A stretch of DNA of 64,000 bases from an uncultured archaeon (lineage in GTDB: Archaea > Aenigmatarchaeota > Aenigmatarchaeia > Aenigmatarchaeales > Aenigmatarchaeaceae). The stretch spans positions 3,440 through 67,439 of the forward strand of contig CAYGWD010000001.1 in NCBI GenBank assembly GCA_964353745.1. Reading direction: 5' to 3'. The position numbers and the translations under genes were made by a program. Shown here one piece after another: positions 29,948-40,555 of the stretch (positions are counted from its first letter, which is position 1; every line of letters begins with the position of its first letter). The notes below the pieces were generated by a model that saw only the letters and a program-made list of their open reading frames with translations, did no database searches and was not told the DNA's origin.

Positions 29948-31377
29948 CCTTCTTTTTTCCTTCTTCTGTAGGCGTTCATAAGCCTTAAAAGGTGCAAGAA
30001 CTTGTCTTTAGAGGAAAGAGCGTTTTTCAACATTAAAGAAATGTATTCTGGCCTGGTATAGTAACTTGAATAGGCTTCTTTGGCTAGCCTGTTTATTTCT
30101 TCTGCTGGAAGATGAGGCAGATTGACGCCAGCACTATAGAAGCTGTCCCTATCGCACCAATTTCCTATTAACAGCTTTCTTTTTTCAATTGTTTCGTAAT
30201 AGGGCGCTCCTGGCAATGGAGTTGCAATGGCGAATTGCGTGAACTCGCCATTCAGTTCAAAGGCAAAATCTATGGTCTTTTTAATGGTTTCTAATGTATC
30301 CCACAAGAAACCGATCATGAAACAATTATGCAAATATATTCCATACTTCCTAGCTTTCATCACGCCTTCTCTTATTTGCCTGGTCGTCATGCCTTTCTTT
30401 ATTTTTATCAGCACGTCATCATCTCCAGATTCCACACCAAACAAAATCTTTACGCATCCTGCATCGGCCATAGCCTTGCACAATTGATCGGTCATAAGAT
30501 CAGGTCTAGACTGTGGTTGCCAAGTCAGGTCCAAACCTTCTTTTTTGAAAAGCTTGCAAAGGTCAAAGACCCTTTGTTTGTTAACTTCAAACGTGTCATC
30601 ATCATATCTTATCTCTTTAACCCCAAACTCATCAACCAGGTATTTGGCTTCTTCAAAAGCCCTTTCAGCGCTCTGAGCCCTCCATAAATGAGAATAAATT
30701 GTATTTGGGAATGTACAGAATACGCATTGGGCGTAGCATCCTCTAGAAGAAATGGTGGTTGCGCAAGGTAGTCTTATGAAAACTGTTTCAACGAACTTTT
30801 TCAGGTCAATCAAATCGAAAGCAGGAAATGGCAGCCTGTCCAGATTCTTTTCAAGTTCAAAATCCTTATTCATTCTGACTTTTCTGCCTTGCTTGTAATC
30901 CAAACCCTTGACTTCGTTTAGTTTGTCTTTTCTCATACCATCCACTAGCCATGGCAGTGCATAGTCCCATTCCCTTCTTATTATAAAATCCACATTCGGA
31001 TTCTTTATAAACTGTTTATGCAGAGGAGTAGCAAACGAACCTACCCAAAGAACTTTGCTGTTAGCCTCTCTTGCCACTTTGCTCAGATATTCATCAACAT
31101 CAAGCCTTACGTGCTGAATATCGAACACAGTTAAATCTGGAGAAATCCTTCTAATCTCTTGCGCTGTTTGCGCTGTTGTTTTTCCTTCAGACTGGCTGTG
31201 CATGTAGTAGACATTGATACCATTGTTCCTTAGAATCTGAGCACCAATTAGATTGAGATAGGAATAAGTCATCTCACCCGTGACTGTCTTGGACGGATGT
31301 CTTCTGCCTCCTGTCCTCAACAACTGTTTCGGATTCCATTTAATTGCCGGTGGCGATTCTATAAACAAAACTTTCAT
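29938..31377 (-). CDS. B12-binding-domain radical SAM protein 1 (HpnJ-like)
   Basis: SRGCYAQCVFC, DDDTF, GVESG, TPLPG; N-terminal Rossmann-like domain with RREWD. Confidence 0.9.
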   Translation of the reverse strand: MKVLFIESPPAIKWNPKQLLRTGGRRHPSKTVTGEMTYSYLNLIGAQILRNNGINVYYMHSQSEGKTTAQTAQEIRRISPDLTVFDIQHVRLDVDEYLSKVAREANSKVLWVGSFATPLHKQFIKNPNVDFIIRREWDYALPWLVDGMRKDKLNEVKGLDYKQGRKVRMNKDFELEKNLDRLPFPAFDLIDLKKFVETVFIRLPCATTISSRGCYAQCVFCTFPNTIYSHLWRAQSAERAFEEAKYLVDEFGVKEIRYDDDTFEVNKQRVFDLCKLFKKEGLDLTWQPQSRPDLMTDQLCKAMADAGCVKILFGVESGDDDVLIKIKKGMTTRQIREGVMKARKYGIYLHNCFMIGFLWDTLETIKKTIDFAFELNGEFTQFAIATPLPGAPYYETIEKRKLLIGNWCDRDSFYSAGVNLPHLPAEEINRLAKEAYSSYYTRPEYISLMLKNALSSKDKFLHLLRLMNAYRRRKKEGWI

Positions 31378-31441
31378 GTTTAACACTTTTTATTGCTGAT
31401 TTTATAAATAAAGTTAAGCAATCAAATATTTAAATTAAAAA

Positions 31442-33877
31442 TTATGAACTGTAATGAATTATTCTTTTTATATTTTCCAAGGAAAGATTTCTAGGTCTTA
31501 GATTTCTTAATAAATAGCTGGGTCTGAAATAAAATTCTCTATAAGCTTTTCTTTTCATTTCTAGCAATAGCTCTGGCGTCAGTTCTCCTAATTTAAACTT
31601 TTTAGGTTTATCATAATGTCCTGAGAACTTAACATTCCAATCTTCTAAAAGTTCACCTTCTCTCTTAATAAGATCATAAACTCTTGTGCCTACAAAAGGT
31701 GTTAATGTAGTAAACTGAGCAAATGTTGGGTCTAATTCTTTAGCAAAGTCTATTGTCTCTTGCATAGTTTCTCTATTTTCACCTGGAAGACCTAAAACAA
31801 AGAAGGCGGTTGACTCTATGTCAAGTTTTTTACAAAGTTCAAATGTTTTCTTAACTTTATTGAGGTCTAATCTCTTGTCAATCGTTTTCATTATGCGTTT
31901 TGAACCTGTTTCAACACCAAATGCTACTCTTATGCATCCTGCTTTTTTCATCTTCTTAAGAGTTTGATAGTTTACAAATTCTGCTCTTAAACCATTGGGA
32001 AAGAAATGCGGAAGATTTAATTTCTTTTTAAGAATAAGGTCATAAATTTTATTTACTCTTTCTAACGATAGGTTAAAAATATCATCATATATTGCAATTT
32101 CTTCTACATTTATGTCATTAATAAGCCATTCCCATTCTTTAACAACGTTTTCAGGACTTCTTGCTCTCCACATATATCCAAACAATCCTTTGAAACAATA
32201 AATACAATTGAAAGGACAACCACGACTATTTCCACTCCAAACAGATTTTCCTTTTCTTCTCACATAAATTATATGATTAGGAACTTCACAACAATAGATT
32301 TTACCAAGATAATTCTCTTTAGATGTATGTTTACGCCTGCCATGCTTATCAATATAATTAATTACTGGCATATTTTGTTTTTTATTAAAAATTATACGAT
32401 AGCAAGGGAATTGAGATTTTATTGTTTTGCCTTTAATTTTTCCTATAGAATTGTTTAGTTTATTTTTAATATTCCCACTCCAACCAACTTTTAGAAGTAT
32501 CTCTTGAATGTCGTCAATCAATTTTTTAGAAGTAGTTATATACTCAATTTCTCCAATTTTTGATATATATCCATCGCCTAAAACAAGTGCATCTAATAAA
32601 ATTTTAAGGTAATTAGTTGAAAGTTGTTTTATTTCTTTTGGAACGAATTTATCTTCAGCATGACCAAACTGTTTTAGATAGCAGCATAATTGTTTGTTTG
32701 AAATAAAAAATCCTTCTATAGGATGCTTATAGTATTTATAACCCAATTTTTTAATACAGTCTTCCATTTTTTTATAGGATTCTGTTCCGACTTTCTGCGA
32801 AATTTTAACAATCCAAGAATTATTACTTTTTTTATGTTGAACTGAACCTTCACTAAGATAATAACCTAGAAATTCTAACCATAAGCCCATTGGTATTATT
32901 TTTCCCTCTGATTTTCTAATTTTATTTATTGGGTTAAATTCATGGAGAACTTCTGGTAATATAAAATAGTCTTTTTTGTCTCCCAACCATATGGCATCTT
33001 TTTTCATCCGAAAATCATTCTTATTCATTAAAATAGAGACATCTATTAGTGTAAATTTATTTGGGCGTTTTGACCTTAATCTAACATATAGTTTGTGATT
33101 TGGCGTAACTAATAAATTGATTTGTTTACATTCTATTTTACACATATCACCATTATAGTCATAAGACATTAATTTTGATGGTTTTTGATATTCTAAATTA
33201 TGATTTTCAGGATTGAGAGTAGCTATCTCATTTTCATAGGTTAAATCTTTAAAAAGTTTCCATCCATCTTCTGTTAGAACTTCTGTTTGGTCGTCATAGC
33301 ATGTCATAATTCCAGCGCCACGTTTATGAGGATGCGGTACAAACCATGTATATTTTTCTAATGGTGGAAATAAATGATAAGCAGGGAAAGGTAAAGAATC
33401 TAAATCTTTTATAAGTGGTCTTGGTTTAGTAACTATGATTCTGTTTCCATATTTGAATGCAATACCTTTTACATTTTTTAGATTTTTTTTGTTTTCTATA
33501 TTTTTAATTAATTCAGATGTTGTAATTTCTCCTTCACCTATGACAACATAATCTATATCTGCTATTTCTAATAATTCATGGGATTGACATGTTGGATGTG
33601 GACCTCCCATCATAATCTTTATATCTGGATTATATTGTCTTGCTTTTTTTACTAATTTCAATGAGCCTGCTATGGTTAACGTCGTTGCTGTTATACCTAA
33701 AACTTCATTTTCCTTAACTGATTTTTTGAATTTTTCATCCGACTCAACATTCAAATCAACAACGGAAACTTCATGTCCATCTCTTTCTAAAACAGATGCT
33801 ATATAACCCAAACCTATATTTATAGTCTTAACTGGTTCAAAACAAGAATAATTGGGACTTACTAACAGAACTTTCAT
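31442..33877 (-). CDS. B12-binding-domain radical SAM protein 2, intein-containing (453-aa extein)
   Basis: GGPHPT, GEGE, GIMT|intein|SRGCPFNCIYC, GVETG. Confidence 0.92.
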   Translation of the reverse strand: MKVLLVSPNYSCFEPVKTINIGLGYIASVLERDGHEVSVVDLNVESDEKFKKSVKENEVLGITATTLTIAGSLKLVKKARQYNPDIKIMMGGPHPTCQSHELLEIADIDYVVIGEGEITTSELIKNIENKKNLKNVKGIAFKYGNRIIVTKPRPLIKDLDSLPFPAYHLFPPLEKYTWFVPHPHKRGAGIMTCYDDQTEVLTEDGWKLFKDLTYENEIATLNPENHNLEYQKPSKLMSYDYNGDMCKIECKQINLLVTPNHKLYVRLRSKRPNKFTLIDVSILMNKNDFRMKKDAIWLGDKKDYFILPEVLHEFNPINKIRKSEGKIIPMGLWLEFLGYYLSEGSVQHKKSNNSWIVKISQKVGTESYKKMEDCIKKLGYKYYKHPIEGFFISNKQLCCYLKQFGHAEDKFVPKEIKQLSTNYLKILLDALVLGDGYISKIGEIEYITTSKKLIDDIQEILLKVGWSGNIKNKLNNSIGKIKGKTIKSQFPCYRIIFNKKQNMPVINYIDKHGRRKHTSKENYLGKIYCCEVPNHIIYVRRKGKSVWSGNSRGCPFNCIYCFKGLFGYMWRARSPENVVKEWEWLINDINVEEIAIYDDIFNLSLERVNKIYDLILKKKLNLPHFFPNGLRAEFVNYQTLKKMKKAGCIRVAFGVETGSKRIMKTIDKRLDLNKVKKTFELCKKLDIESTAFFVLGLPGENRETMQETIDFAKELDPTFAQFTTLTPFVGTRVYDLIKREGELLEDWNVKFSGHYDKPKKFKLGELTPELLLEMKRKAYREFYFRPSYLLRNLRPRNLSLENIKRIIHYSS
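32228..33301 (-). mobile_element. intein with LAGLIDADG homing endonuclease (358 aa)
   Basis: Block A CYDDQTEVLT, block B VTPNH, LGYYLSEG and LVLGDG, block F/G YCCEVPNHIIYVRR..WSGN|S. Confidence 0.93.
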
Positions 33878-33942
33878 TTTATTTCCTCATACCTTTCATT
33901 CTAAAATAATTTAATATTATCTATTTTTTGAATCGTCTACTA

Positions 33943-34845
33943 TTATCTTTTCACTCTAATTTTCCAACCTTCTTTTGTTGATTTCTTATGTAACTTTCCT
34001 TTAATTACTCCGAAAAATGAAAAGAACCAATAAAGTATGACACCTAAGAATATTCCACCAGCTCTTCTTATACTATAAAACATAGCGGGTAAATAGAAAT
34101 CAAACAATCCTCCTCTGTATTCACCGTAACTTTCTTTTATCTGTCTTCTTGCTATTTCACCCCTGCTTTTTATTCTTATTAAATCTCTAGGTGTAGATGG
34201 ATATCTGCTAAGCACGGTACCAAAATGTAGAAAATCTTTAGTTGGTATCAATACTTCATATCCATTCTTTCTTAATTGTATTGATCTCTCTCCATCATCA
34301 CACAACGTGAGTTGATCACCAATGAGTGCTTTCTTTCTGAACATGTTTACAAAGAATGGATATTTATTGTCTCTAACATAGAATTTTCCATTTACATTCT
34401 TAGCGTATTTCATAATTTTGTATTCATGAAGGAATTGATTCATGAAGTTGTCTCCAACTATGAGTAACGATGCTCTTGAAGTATCTGCTGGTCTGTAATC
34501 TGCAATTCCACCAACCTTAGGATCTTTGAAATAATCTACTATTCTTTTAAAGTTTCCTGTTGGTTGCAAGAACCAGTCAGCATCATGTATCAGAATTATA
34601 TCTCCTTTAGCTTCTCTTATCAATTTAGAAAGCATTTTTGCTTTTCCTTCTCTTTCATTGTTCTTTATTATCCTAGCAAATTTAAATTTTCTAACAATAT
34701 TTTCTGTCTTATCAGTGCATCCATCAAGACCTACAAGAACTTCTAGATTAGGATACTCATGCTTTTTTATGAATCCCAATGGTTCCAAAGCATTAGCTAT
34801 TACCTTCTCTTCATTGTGCGTTGGAATAAGTACTGACACTTTCAT
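33943..34845 (-). CDS. GT2 glycosyltransferase
   Basis: SVLIPTHNEE, LDGCTD, HDAD. Confidence 0.85.
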   Translation of the reverse strand: MKVSVLIPTHNEEKVIANALEPLGFIKKHEYPNLEVLVGLDGCTDKTENIVRKFKFARIIKNNEREGKAKMLSKLIREAKGDIILIHDADWFLQPTGNFKRIVDYFKDPKVGGIADYRPADTSRASLLIVGDNFMNQFLHEYKIMKYAKNVNGKFYVRDNKYPFFVNMFRKKALIGDQLTLCDDGERSIQLRKNGYEVLIPTKDFLHFGTVLSRYPSTPRDLIRIKSRGEIARRQIKESYGEYRGGLFDFYLPAMFYSIRRAGGIFLGVILYWFFSFFGVIKGKLHKKSTKEGWKIRVKR

Positions 34846-34858
34846 ATTATCAACGTCT

Positions 34859-36316
34859 TCATGATAAAACAGCTGGAACTTTATAGATCCCCCATCTTAG
34901 ATTATTTAACTCTACTACCTTTTCCAACTCCAACTTGCTAAAGCGATTCTTTACAATAGGATCGTTTTGGTTTTCTGCAGCAAAATCAATTGGACTTATA
35001 ACGTATGATACACCATTTTCTGCAAGATATTCTACGAATTTCTGAGGATCATATATATTAGATATTCCTACATTTATTATACCAGTAATATCAAACAAAT
35101 AACGATTGGATTCCCATTTCAATATTCCGAGCTCACCTACACCAACAATTTTATTTTCTGGAATATTATGATTTATCCATTCTGCCATTTGGAAATAAGA
35201 TTCCAGTCTGCCATTCAAATAATTTAGTTTTCCATTAAGAATCAAATATTGTGATGCAATAATTATTATCATTATGATTGAGAATTTTATGATAATTTTC
35301 TTTTCTATTTTTAATCTGTCAAATAAAAGGAATGCACTGATTATCAGGAACGGTATAAATAGTGTGATATATCTGTAAGCATTTGAAGATAATACAAGTA
35401 ATACATGGACAAAAATTATTATGATCCACCAGAGATGCATTACGATCTCGTTTTTCATTAACTCCTTTCTATTTATGAAAAATGCTAAAGAAAGTATGGC
35501 TATACTGAAAAATATAGGATCCATACTTATAGTTTCTAGAATAAAATTATATGATAGTTTCAATGGTCCTATTGACATTGCAGTTGTTCCAAAAGCTATG
35601 CGCTTAGCTAAGAATGATGTAGAAAATATTGAACCTTCATTCACATAAGTTAAAATCAACCATGGAGACACTATTATTAAAAACAAAACTAGGTTAATAA
35701 TTCTCATTTTTATATTCTCAGATAATTTCATTTGTTTCGTATCAACGAAAAATCTATGGGCTATTAGCAACAAGAACAAGAAACCGCCTTCTGGTCTTGC
35801 AAGGAATGCAAAACCGCATGATAAAGCTGAGAGATTATATTTTTTGGAAATGTAAAGGTACACTGATAACAAAGATAATGTTATGAATAGTACTGTATCT
35901 ACAGCAGATGCTGAAAATAAATTAATCCATGGGTTTACTGCAACTAAGAATGATGCTATAATCGCGATATTTTCATTCTTAGTTAATTTATTCATCAGAC
36001 TGTATACCAGCAGAATTGTTATTGCTGTTAGTATCAAGTCGATAATCTTTGAAGCTAAAAATAAATTATTACCACCGAACAACAGGTATGGAACTGACAG
36101 TATAATGGACCATAATGGTGTTGATGCAGAAGAGAATCCTTTTCCATTGTAATTGAATCCTTTTCCTTCTGCAAGATTTCTTGCATACACGTAATTTACA
36201 TAAGCATCATCGCTCAGAGTATCCCGGAAGCTTGGTATACCTAGTTGGATGACTATGGCTAGTAAAATAAACGCAGACAAAAGCCTGTGATGCCTTTTAC
36301 TGAAACCAAATTTCAT
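34859..36316 (-). CDS. GT-C fold membrane glycosyltransferase (AftB/ArnT-like)
   Basis: DDAYVNYVYARNLAEGKG, STPLW, ARPEG, RY motif, multiple TM helices. Confidence 0.75.
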   Translation of the reverse strand: MKFGFSKRHHRLLSAFILLAIVIQLGIPSFRDTLSDDAYVNYVYARNLAEGKGFNYNGKGFSSASTPLWSIILSVPYLLFGGNNLFLASKIIDLILTAITILLVYSLMNKLTKNENIAIIASFLVAVNPWINLFSASAVDTVLFITLSLLSVYLYISKKYNLSALSCGFAFLARPEGGFLFLLLIAHRFFVDTKQMKLSENIKMRIINLVLFLIIVSPWLILTYVNEGSIFSTSFLAKRIAFGTTAMSIGPLKLSYNFILETISMDPIFFSIAILSLAFFINRKELMKNEIVMHLWWIIIIFVHVLLVLSSNAYRYITLFIPFLIISAFLLFDRLKIEKKIIIKFSIIMIIIIASQYLILNGKLNYLNGRLESYFQMAEWINHNIPENKIVGVGELGILKWESNRYLFDITGIINVGISNIYDPQKFVEYLAENGVSYVISPIDFAAENQNDPIVKNRFSKLELEKVVELNNLRWGIYKVPAVLS

Positions 36317-36422
36317 ATTCAACCTTCTTTCTTTGTAATCTTATTATCTTAACGAAATATTTGAAACTATATTTTTTATTGACATATAATAGATTATAAA
36401 AAAACTATTTAAATAAAATCAT

Positions 36423-37952
36423 TTAAGTCAAGTCTTTGAATTTTATCATCCAACTTTGGCTGCGATCTTCTATATATTTATCCAAATATTTTTTAACCAT
36501 TTTCCATTCAGGTGCCAAAGAAAATAGTTTGCGTTTGAACCTAAATTTAGCATCTATCTTTAATAATAAAAATATCAGTCTCTGCCATATCTTAAGTCCC
36601 CTATCAGCATAATGGTACCCAGCAAGAAATTGAGATAACATTGTTATTACTTTAACAGTATCTCTGAATTTTTTTCCTCCCCATGGTGTACTAAATGTCA
36701 AATAATTATATTTCCCCCATTCTTCCAAGCTTGCAGGAGGTTTAAATCCATTTTTTGTAATATAATTCATTAGGTATGTCCCTGCAAAGGGTGTGAATAT
36801 GCTTATGTATTCGAATTTATCAGGAAATATTTTATTTATTTTTAGCATAAGGTCTACAGTCCTATAAAGGTCTTTAACAGTTTCAGTTGGGAGTCCCATC
36901 ATAAAATAAAACTTTGCCTTTATACCATGCTTTTTGCATTTTCTTGTAGTTTCAATAATCTGCTCGATTGTAATGTCCTTTCTCATGAAATCCAGCATTC
37001 TCTGAGAGCCTGACTCTGCACCAAAATGTAATGACACGCATCCTGACTTTTTCATTTTTTCTATGAAGGCATCATCATAATTAGCAAAATAATTCACTCT
37101 ACAACTAGCAGAAGACCATTTAAGATTCATTTTTTCTTTTATCATCAAATCAAATATCTTTTCAGCGCGTTCTTTGCTTACAAAGAAATTCTCGTCTGCA
37201 AACACTATTCCTTTCAAATTATATTTTTTCTTTAATATTTTCAATTCTTTTACAACTCTCTCTGGTTTGTAAGCTTGCCAACCTCTATGGCAATCTGATG
37301 CTGTACTGCAAAATCCACATCTATGTACACAACCTCTGCTTGAGAAATACCCTGTATATCGTGTTGCAATATCTTCTGGTGTAACTTCACTATCTTTTTT
37401 AATAATCATATATCTTTTCATATCTAGGGCGTCATAGTCAAACATTGGAAAATTATTGATATCCTCAAGCTCTCTATCAGAATTATGTATTATCTCTCCG
37501 TTTTTCTTAAAGGAAAGGCCTTTTATTCCTTCCAATGATTTTTTTGATTTCAATGCTTTGGCTAATTCTACTACAGTTTTTTCTCCAGGACCCCTAACAA
37601 TTATATCGACTAAAGGGTGTTTTAATGTCTGCTCTGGTGAGCTAGTTGGATGCGCTCCTCCCCATACCAACGGTAAATCTGGATATTTCTCTCGAATGTT
37701 TTGTGAAACAGCAAGATTATCGTATATAGGAGAGCCTGTCATGCAAGTCAACCCTATGAATAATGTGTTACTTCCTATTGAAGACATTATTTTTTTAAGA
37801 CTTTGTTCTATTGTGGCCTCATTTACTATATTTACTGAGAATTCAGCCTTCTTTAGACAACCTGATAAAGCAATAAGCCCAAACGGTAATTGAAAATTTT
37901 TTATATTCAGTCTAAAACCATTAGGAGCGTAAAGTATAACATCGTATGGCAT
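36423..37952 (-). CDS. B12-binding-domain radical SAM protein 3
   Basis: WGGAHPT, RGPGE, SRGCVHRCGFC, DENFF, GAESGSQ. Confidence 0.92.
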   Translation of the reverse strand: MPYDVILYAPNGFRLNIKNFQLPFGLIALSGCLKKAEFSVNIVNEATIEQSLKKIMSSIGSNTLFIGLTCMTGSPIYDNLAVSQNIREKYPDLPLVWGGAHPTSSPEQTLKHPLVDIIVRGPGEKTVVELAKALKSKKSLEGIKGLSFKKNGEIIHNSDRELEDINNFPMFDYDALDMKRYMIIKKDSEVTPEDIATRYTGYFSSRGCVHRCGFCSTASDCHRGWQAYKPERVVKELKILKKKYNLKGIVFADENFFVSKERAEKIFDLMIKEKMNLKWSSASCRVNYFANYDDAFIEKMKKSGCVSLHFGAESGSQRMLDFMRKDITIEQIIETTRKCKKHGIKAKFYFMMGLPTETVKDLYRTVDLMLKINKIFPDKFEYISIFTPFAGTYLMNYITKNGFKPPASLEEWGKYNYLTFSTPWGGKKFRDTVKVITMLSQFLAGYHYADRGLKIWQRLIFLLLKIDAKFRFKRKLFSLAPEWKMVKKYLDKYIEDRSQSWMIKFKDLT

Positions 37953-39353
37953 TTACTTTCCCCTCATTTCAAATGATACTATACCCTCGAAACCTTTCCA
38001 GTATTTTCGTATCGTATCCAACGAGTTTATTTTTAATAACTTGTTCAGAAAGAAATTTGGTCTTAGATAGAACTCTTTATATGCTGTTTTTGCCCATTTG
38101 TCTGAATTCTTCACAAAGAATGGTATCCTTTCGTCTGTTTTTCCTAGCATAAAATTTAGCCAGTAGTCTTCTTTAACTATTCCTCTTTTCAATGCATGGT
38201 TAAACAAATCAGTTTTTGGTAAAGGCGTTGCAACAGTGAACATTACCCAATCTGGATCCAGTTTCTTGGCAAAATTTATTGTCTGTCTTATTGTTCTCGC
38301 ATTCTCTCCAGGATAACCTATGATGAAATAAGCAAAAGTTTCTATGCCAATCTTCTTGGATAGCTTGAATGATTCTTCGACTTTCCTAAGGTCTATTCCC
38401 TTTCTCATTATTTTCAATATTTCGGAGTTTCCACTTTCAACACCATACCTCAATCTTATACATCCCGATTTTTTCATGAGTCTTAGCATCTCTTCGTCAA
38501 TACAATCTGCTCTTGTTGGAGATTCCCAAGATATGTCAAGACCTCTAGATATTATTTCATTACAAATTTCTGTTATGTGGTTCTTGCTGAAAGTAAGAGT
38601 ATCGTCATAGAACATGATTTCCTTTACTTTAAATTTTTCAATGCAATGCTGCATCTCATCAACAACTTTTTCTGCTTTTCTAAATCTATATTTCTCATCA
38701 GATGGACCTTTAAAACAGAAACCACATCTGAAAGGACAGCCTCTGCTAGTTATCATAGTAGTAAATGGATGCTTTGCTATAACACACGAGTATTTATCAT
38801 GTGGCATTAGATGCCTCGCAGGAAATGGCAATGAATCTAAATCCTCAACTATTCTCCATCCGTTCATCTTAACATCTTTTCCCTTCTTCCATACAAGTCC
38901 TTTAACTTTAGAAATTCTTTTCTTTTCAATTGAATTAACAAGATCAAGAATTACATTTTCCCCTTCTCCATATACTCCATAGTCTATGTAAGGAAGTTTG
39001 ACTGTTTCTTGTGGGTATACAGAGATATGTGGACCTCCAATGACTGTAGGTATGTCTTTGGATACCTCTTTGGTAATCCTTGCAGCTTCCAGTGCCCCTC
39101 TTATGTTAGGTGTCATCGCTGTTATGCCAACAAGGTCTGGATTGGCTTTGGCTATTTTTTCCTTTGTCTCTTGTGTTGTGAGATTAAGTGCTTGACTGTC
39201 CAATATAGAAACCTTATGGCCATTTTTCTCAAGAACCGCTGCTATATAGCCAATCCCTAGAGGAGGATATATACCCTGTACCTTGTTTATTGATTCTGGC
39301 AACCTTGTGTTTATGTTTTCTCTGTCATGATGCCTTATGAGCAATATTTTCAT
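37953..39353 (-). CDS. B12-binding-domain radical SAM protein 4
   Basis: YPPLGIGYIAA, GGPHIS, GEGE, SRGCPFRCGFC, GVESG. Confidence 0.93.
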   Translation of the reverse strand: MKILLIRHHDRENINTRLPESINKVQGIYPPLGIGYIAAVLEKNGHKVSILDSQALNLTTQETKEKIAKANPDLVGITAMTPNIRGALEAARITKEVSKDIPTVIGGPHISVYPQETVKLPYIDYGVYGEGENVILDLVNSIEKKRISKVKGLVWKKGKDVKMNGWRIVEDLDSLPFPARHLMPHDKYSCVIAKHPFTTMITSRGCPFRCGFCFKGPSDEKYRFRKAEKVVDEMQHCIEKFKVKEIMFYDDTLTFSKNHITEICNEIISRGLDISWESPTRADCIDEEMLRLMKKSGCIRLRYGVESGNSEILKIMRKGIDLRKVEESFKLSKKIGIETFAYFIIGYPGENARTIRQTINFAKKLDPDWVMFTVATPLPKTDLFNHALKRGIVKEDYWLNFMLGKTDERIPFFVKNSDKWAKTAYKEFYLRPNFFLNKLLKINSLDTIRKYWKGFEGIVSFEMRGK

Positions 39354-39422
39354 TATTAATTTTATTGATTTGAAGCTTAAATATAATAATAAGATTAAAT
39401 ATGATCAGGAGGAACCTTAAAT

Positions 39423-40433
39423 ATGAAAAGAGAAAAGATAAAAGGTTTTCTTAAACTGATGAGACCAAAACAATGGTTTAAATCCTTATATGTAATATTT
39501 GGTGCTGCACCTGCAATATTCCTAACACCCCCAGATATTCTGTTGATAGTATGGCTACTATTCTTGTGCTTGGTGAATCTCATACTCTTGCAAGGTTTCA
39601 TTTATACTATAAATGATATTATTGATGTTAAAGAAGATAGGGCACATCCTAAAAAGAAGTACAGACCTATTGCAAGTAATCTTATTTCGAAGAGAGAAGC
39701 ATTTGCATTCGCATCAATACTGTTAATGGTATCATTAGTATTGGCATACTTACTTGGAACTATAATATTTCTGCTAGCAATTTCGATTATTATAATAAAC
39801 CTTCTATATACTCTACCCCCTATAAGACTAAAGTCAAGATTTATTCTAGATATATTATCAGCTGGCCTTAACTTTCCGTTAAGAGTAACTGTAGGTTGGT
39901 TTCTTTTTGAGCCGTTTAATAATTCAAGATTATCGATAAGCTACGACATCATAAGAACTACAATAGATTCAAAATCAATTCAATCTATATTCTTCAAGAC
40001 TCAACCAATGATAATAGAATTTACAACAAATTTTTCCAGTGTAACATTAGCATATGCATCAATGGTCCTTTTCACATATTTTTTAGCAATATTCTTACTA
40101 TCATTAAAAAGACTCGCCGAAATAATGTCTATAAGAAATGCAGTAAAGGTAAGAGGAGTACTAGAGAAATACAACACAACCTCACTAAAGGCAATAGCAT
40201 TGTTCTCTTTTCTTTTAGCTATAGCATCTTCTATAGTTCTCGCCATTAGCCTGAAACTTATACTAATCTTCCTTGTACCTATCTTAATTTTTGGTATGGC
40301 CTGGTACTATAGACTTACGATAAAGAAACCTTCTCTTGTAAGACAACCAGAAGAGATATTTACAAAGATGAGAAGATTCTTACTACTTGGTCTGGTATTC
40401 ATAATTCTGACATTCATTCTTTTGTTTATTTAG
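39423..40433 (+). CDS. UbiA-family polyprenyl-phosphate phosphoribosyltransferase-like protein
   Basis: LMRPKQWFK, YTINDIIDVKEDRAHPKKKYRPIAS, SLKRLAE; multi-TM. Confidence 0.8.
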   Translation: MKREKIKGFLKLMRPKQWFKSLYVIFGAAPAIFLTPPDILLIVWLLFLCLVNLILLQGFIYTINDIIDVKEDRAHPKKKYRPIASNLISKREAFAFASILLMVSLVLAYLLGTIIFLLAISIIIINLLYTLPPIRLKSRFILDILSAGLNFPLRVTVGWFLFEPFNNSRLSISYDIIRTTIDSKSIQSIFFKTQPMIIEFTTNFSSVTLAYASMVLFTYFLAIFLLSLKRLAEIMSIRNAVKVRGVLEKYNTTSLKAIALFSFLLAIASSIVLAISLKLILIFLVPILIFGMAWYYRLTIKKPSLVRQPEEIFTKMRRFLLLGLVFIILTFILLFI

Positions 40434-40550
40434 ATTCCTAGAATCTTGTATATTTTTGTTCTACCAAGCGGGTAAAGGGAATATAAGATGGATGTCTGAT
40501 ATAAAAGAGCCTATAAATCCAGCTCCTCCTGTTACTAAAACTTTTGTAAT
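40430..40550 (-). pseudogene. deletion scar: N-terminus of an NAD-dependent epimerase joined to a probable gene tail
   Basis: ITKVLVTGGAGFIGSFISD with stop at 40461; a second frame reads SILYSLYPLGRTKIYKILGI* ending at 40430. Confidence 0.7.
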
Positions 40551-40555
40551 AAAAA

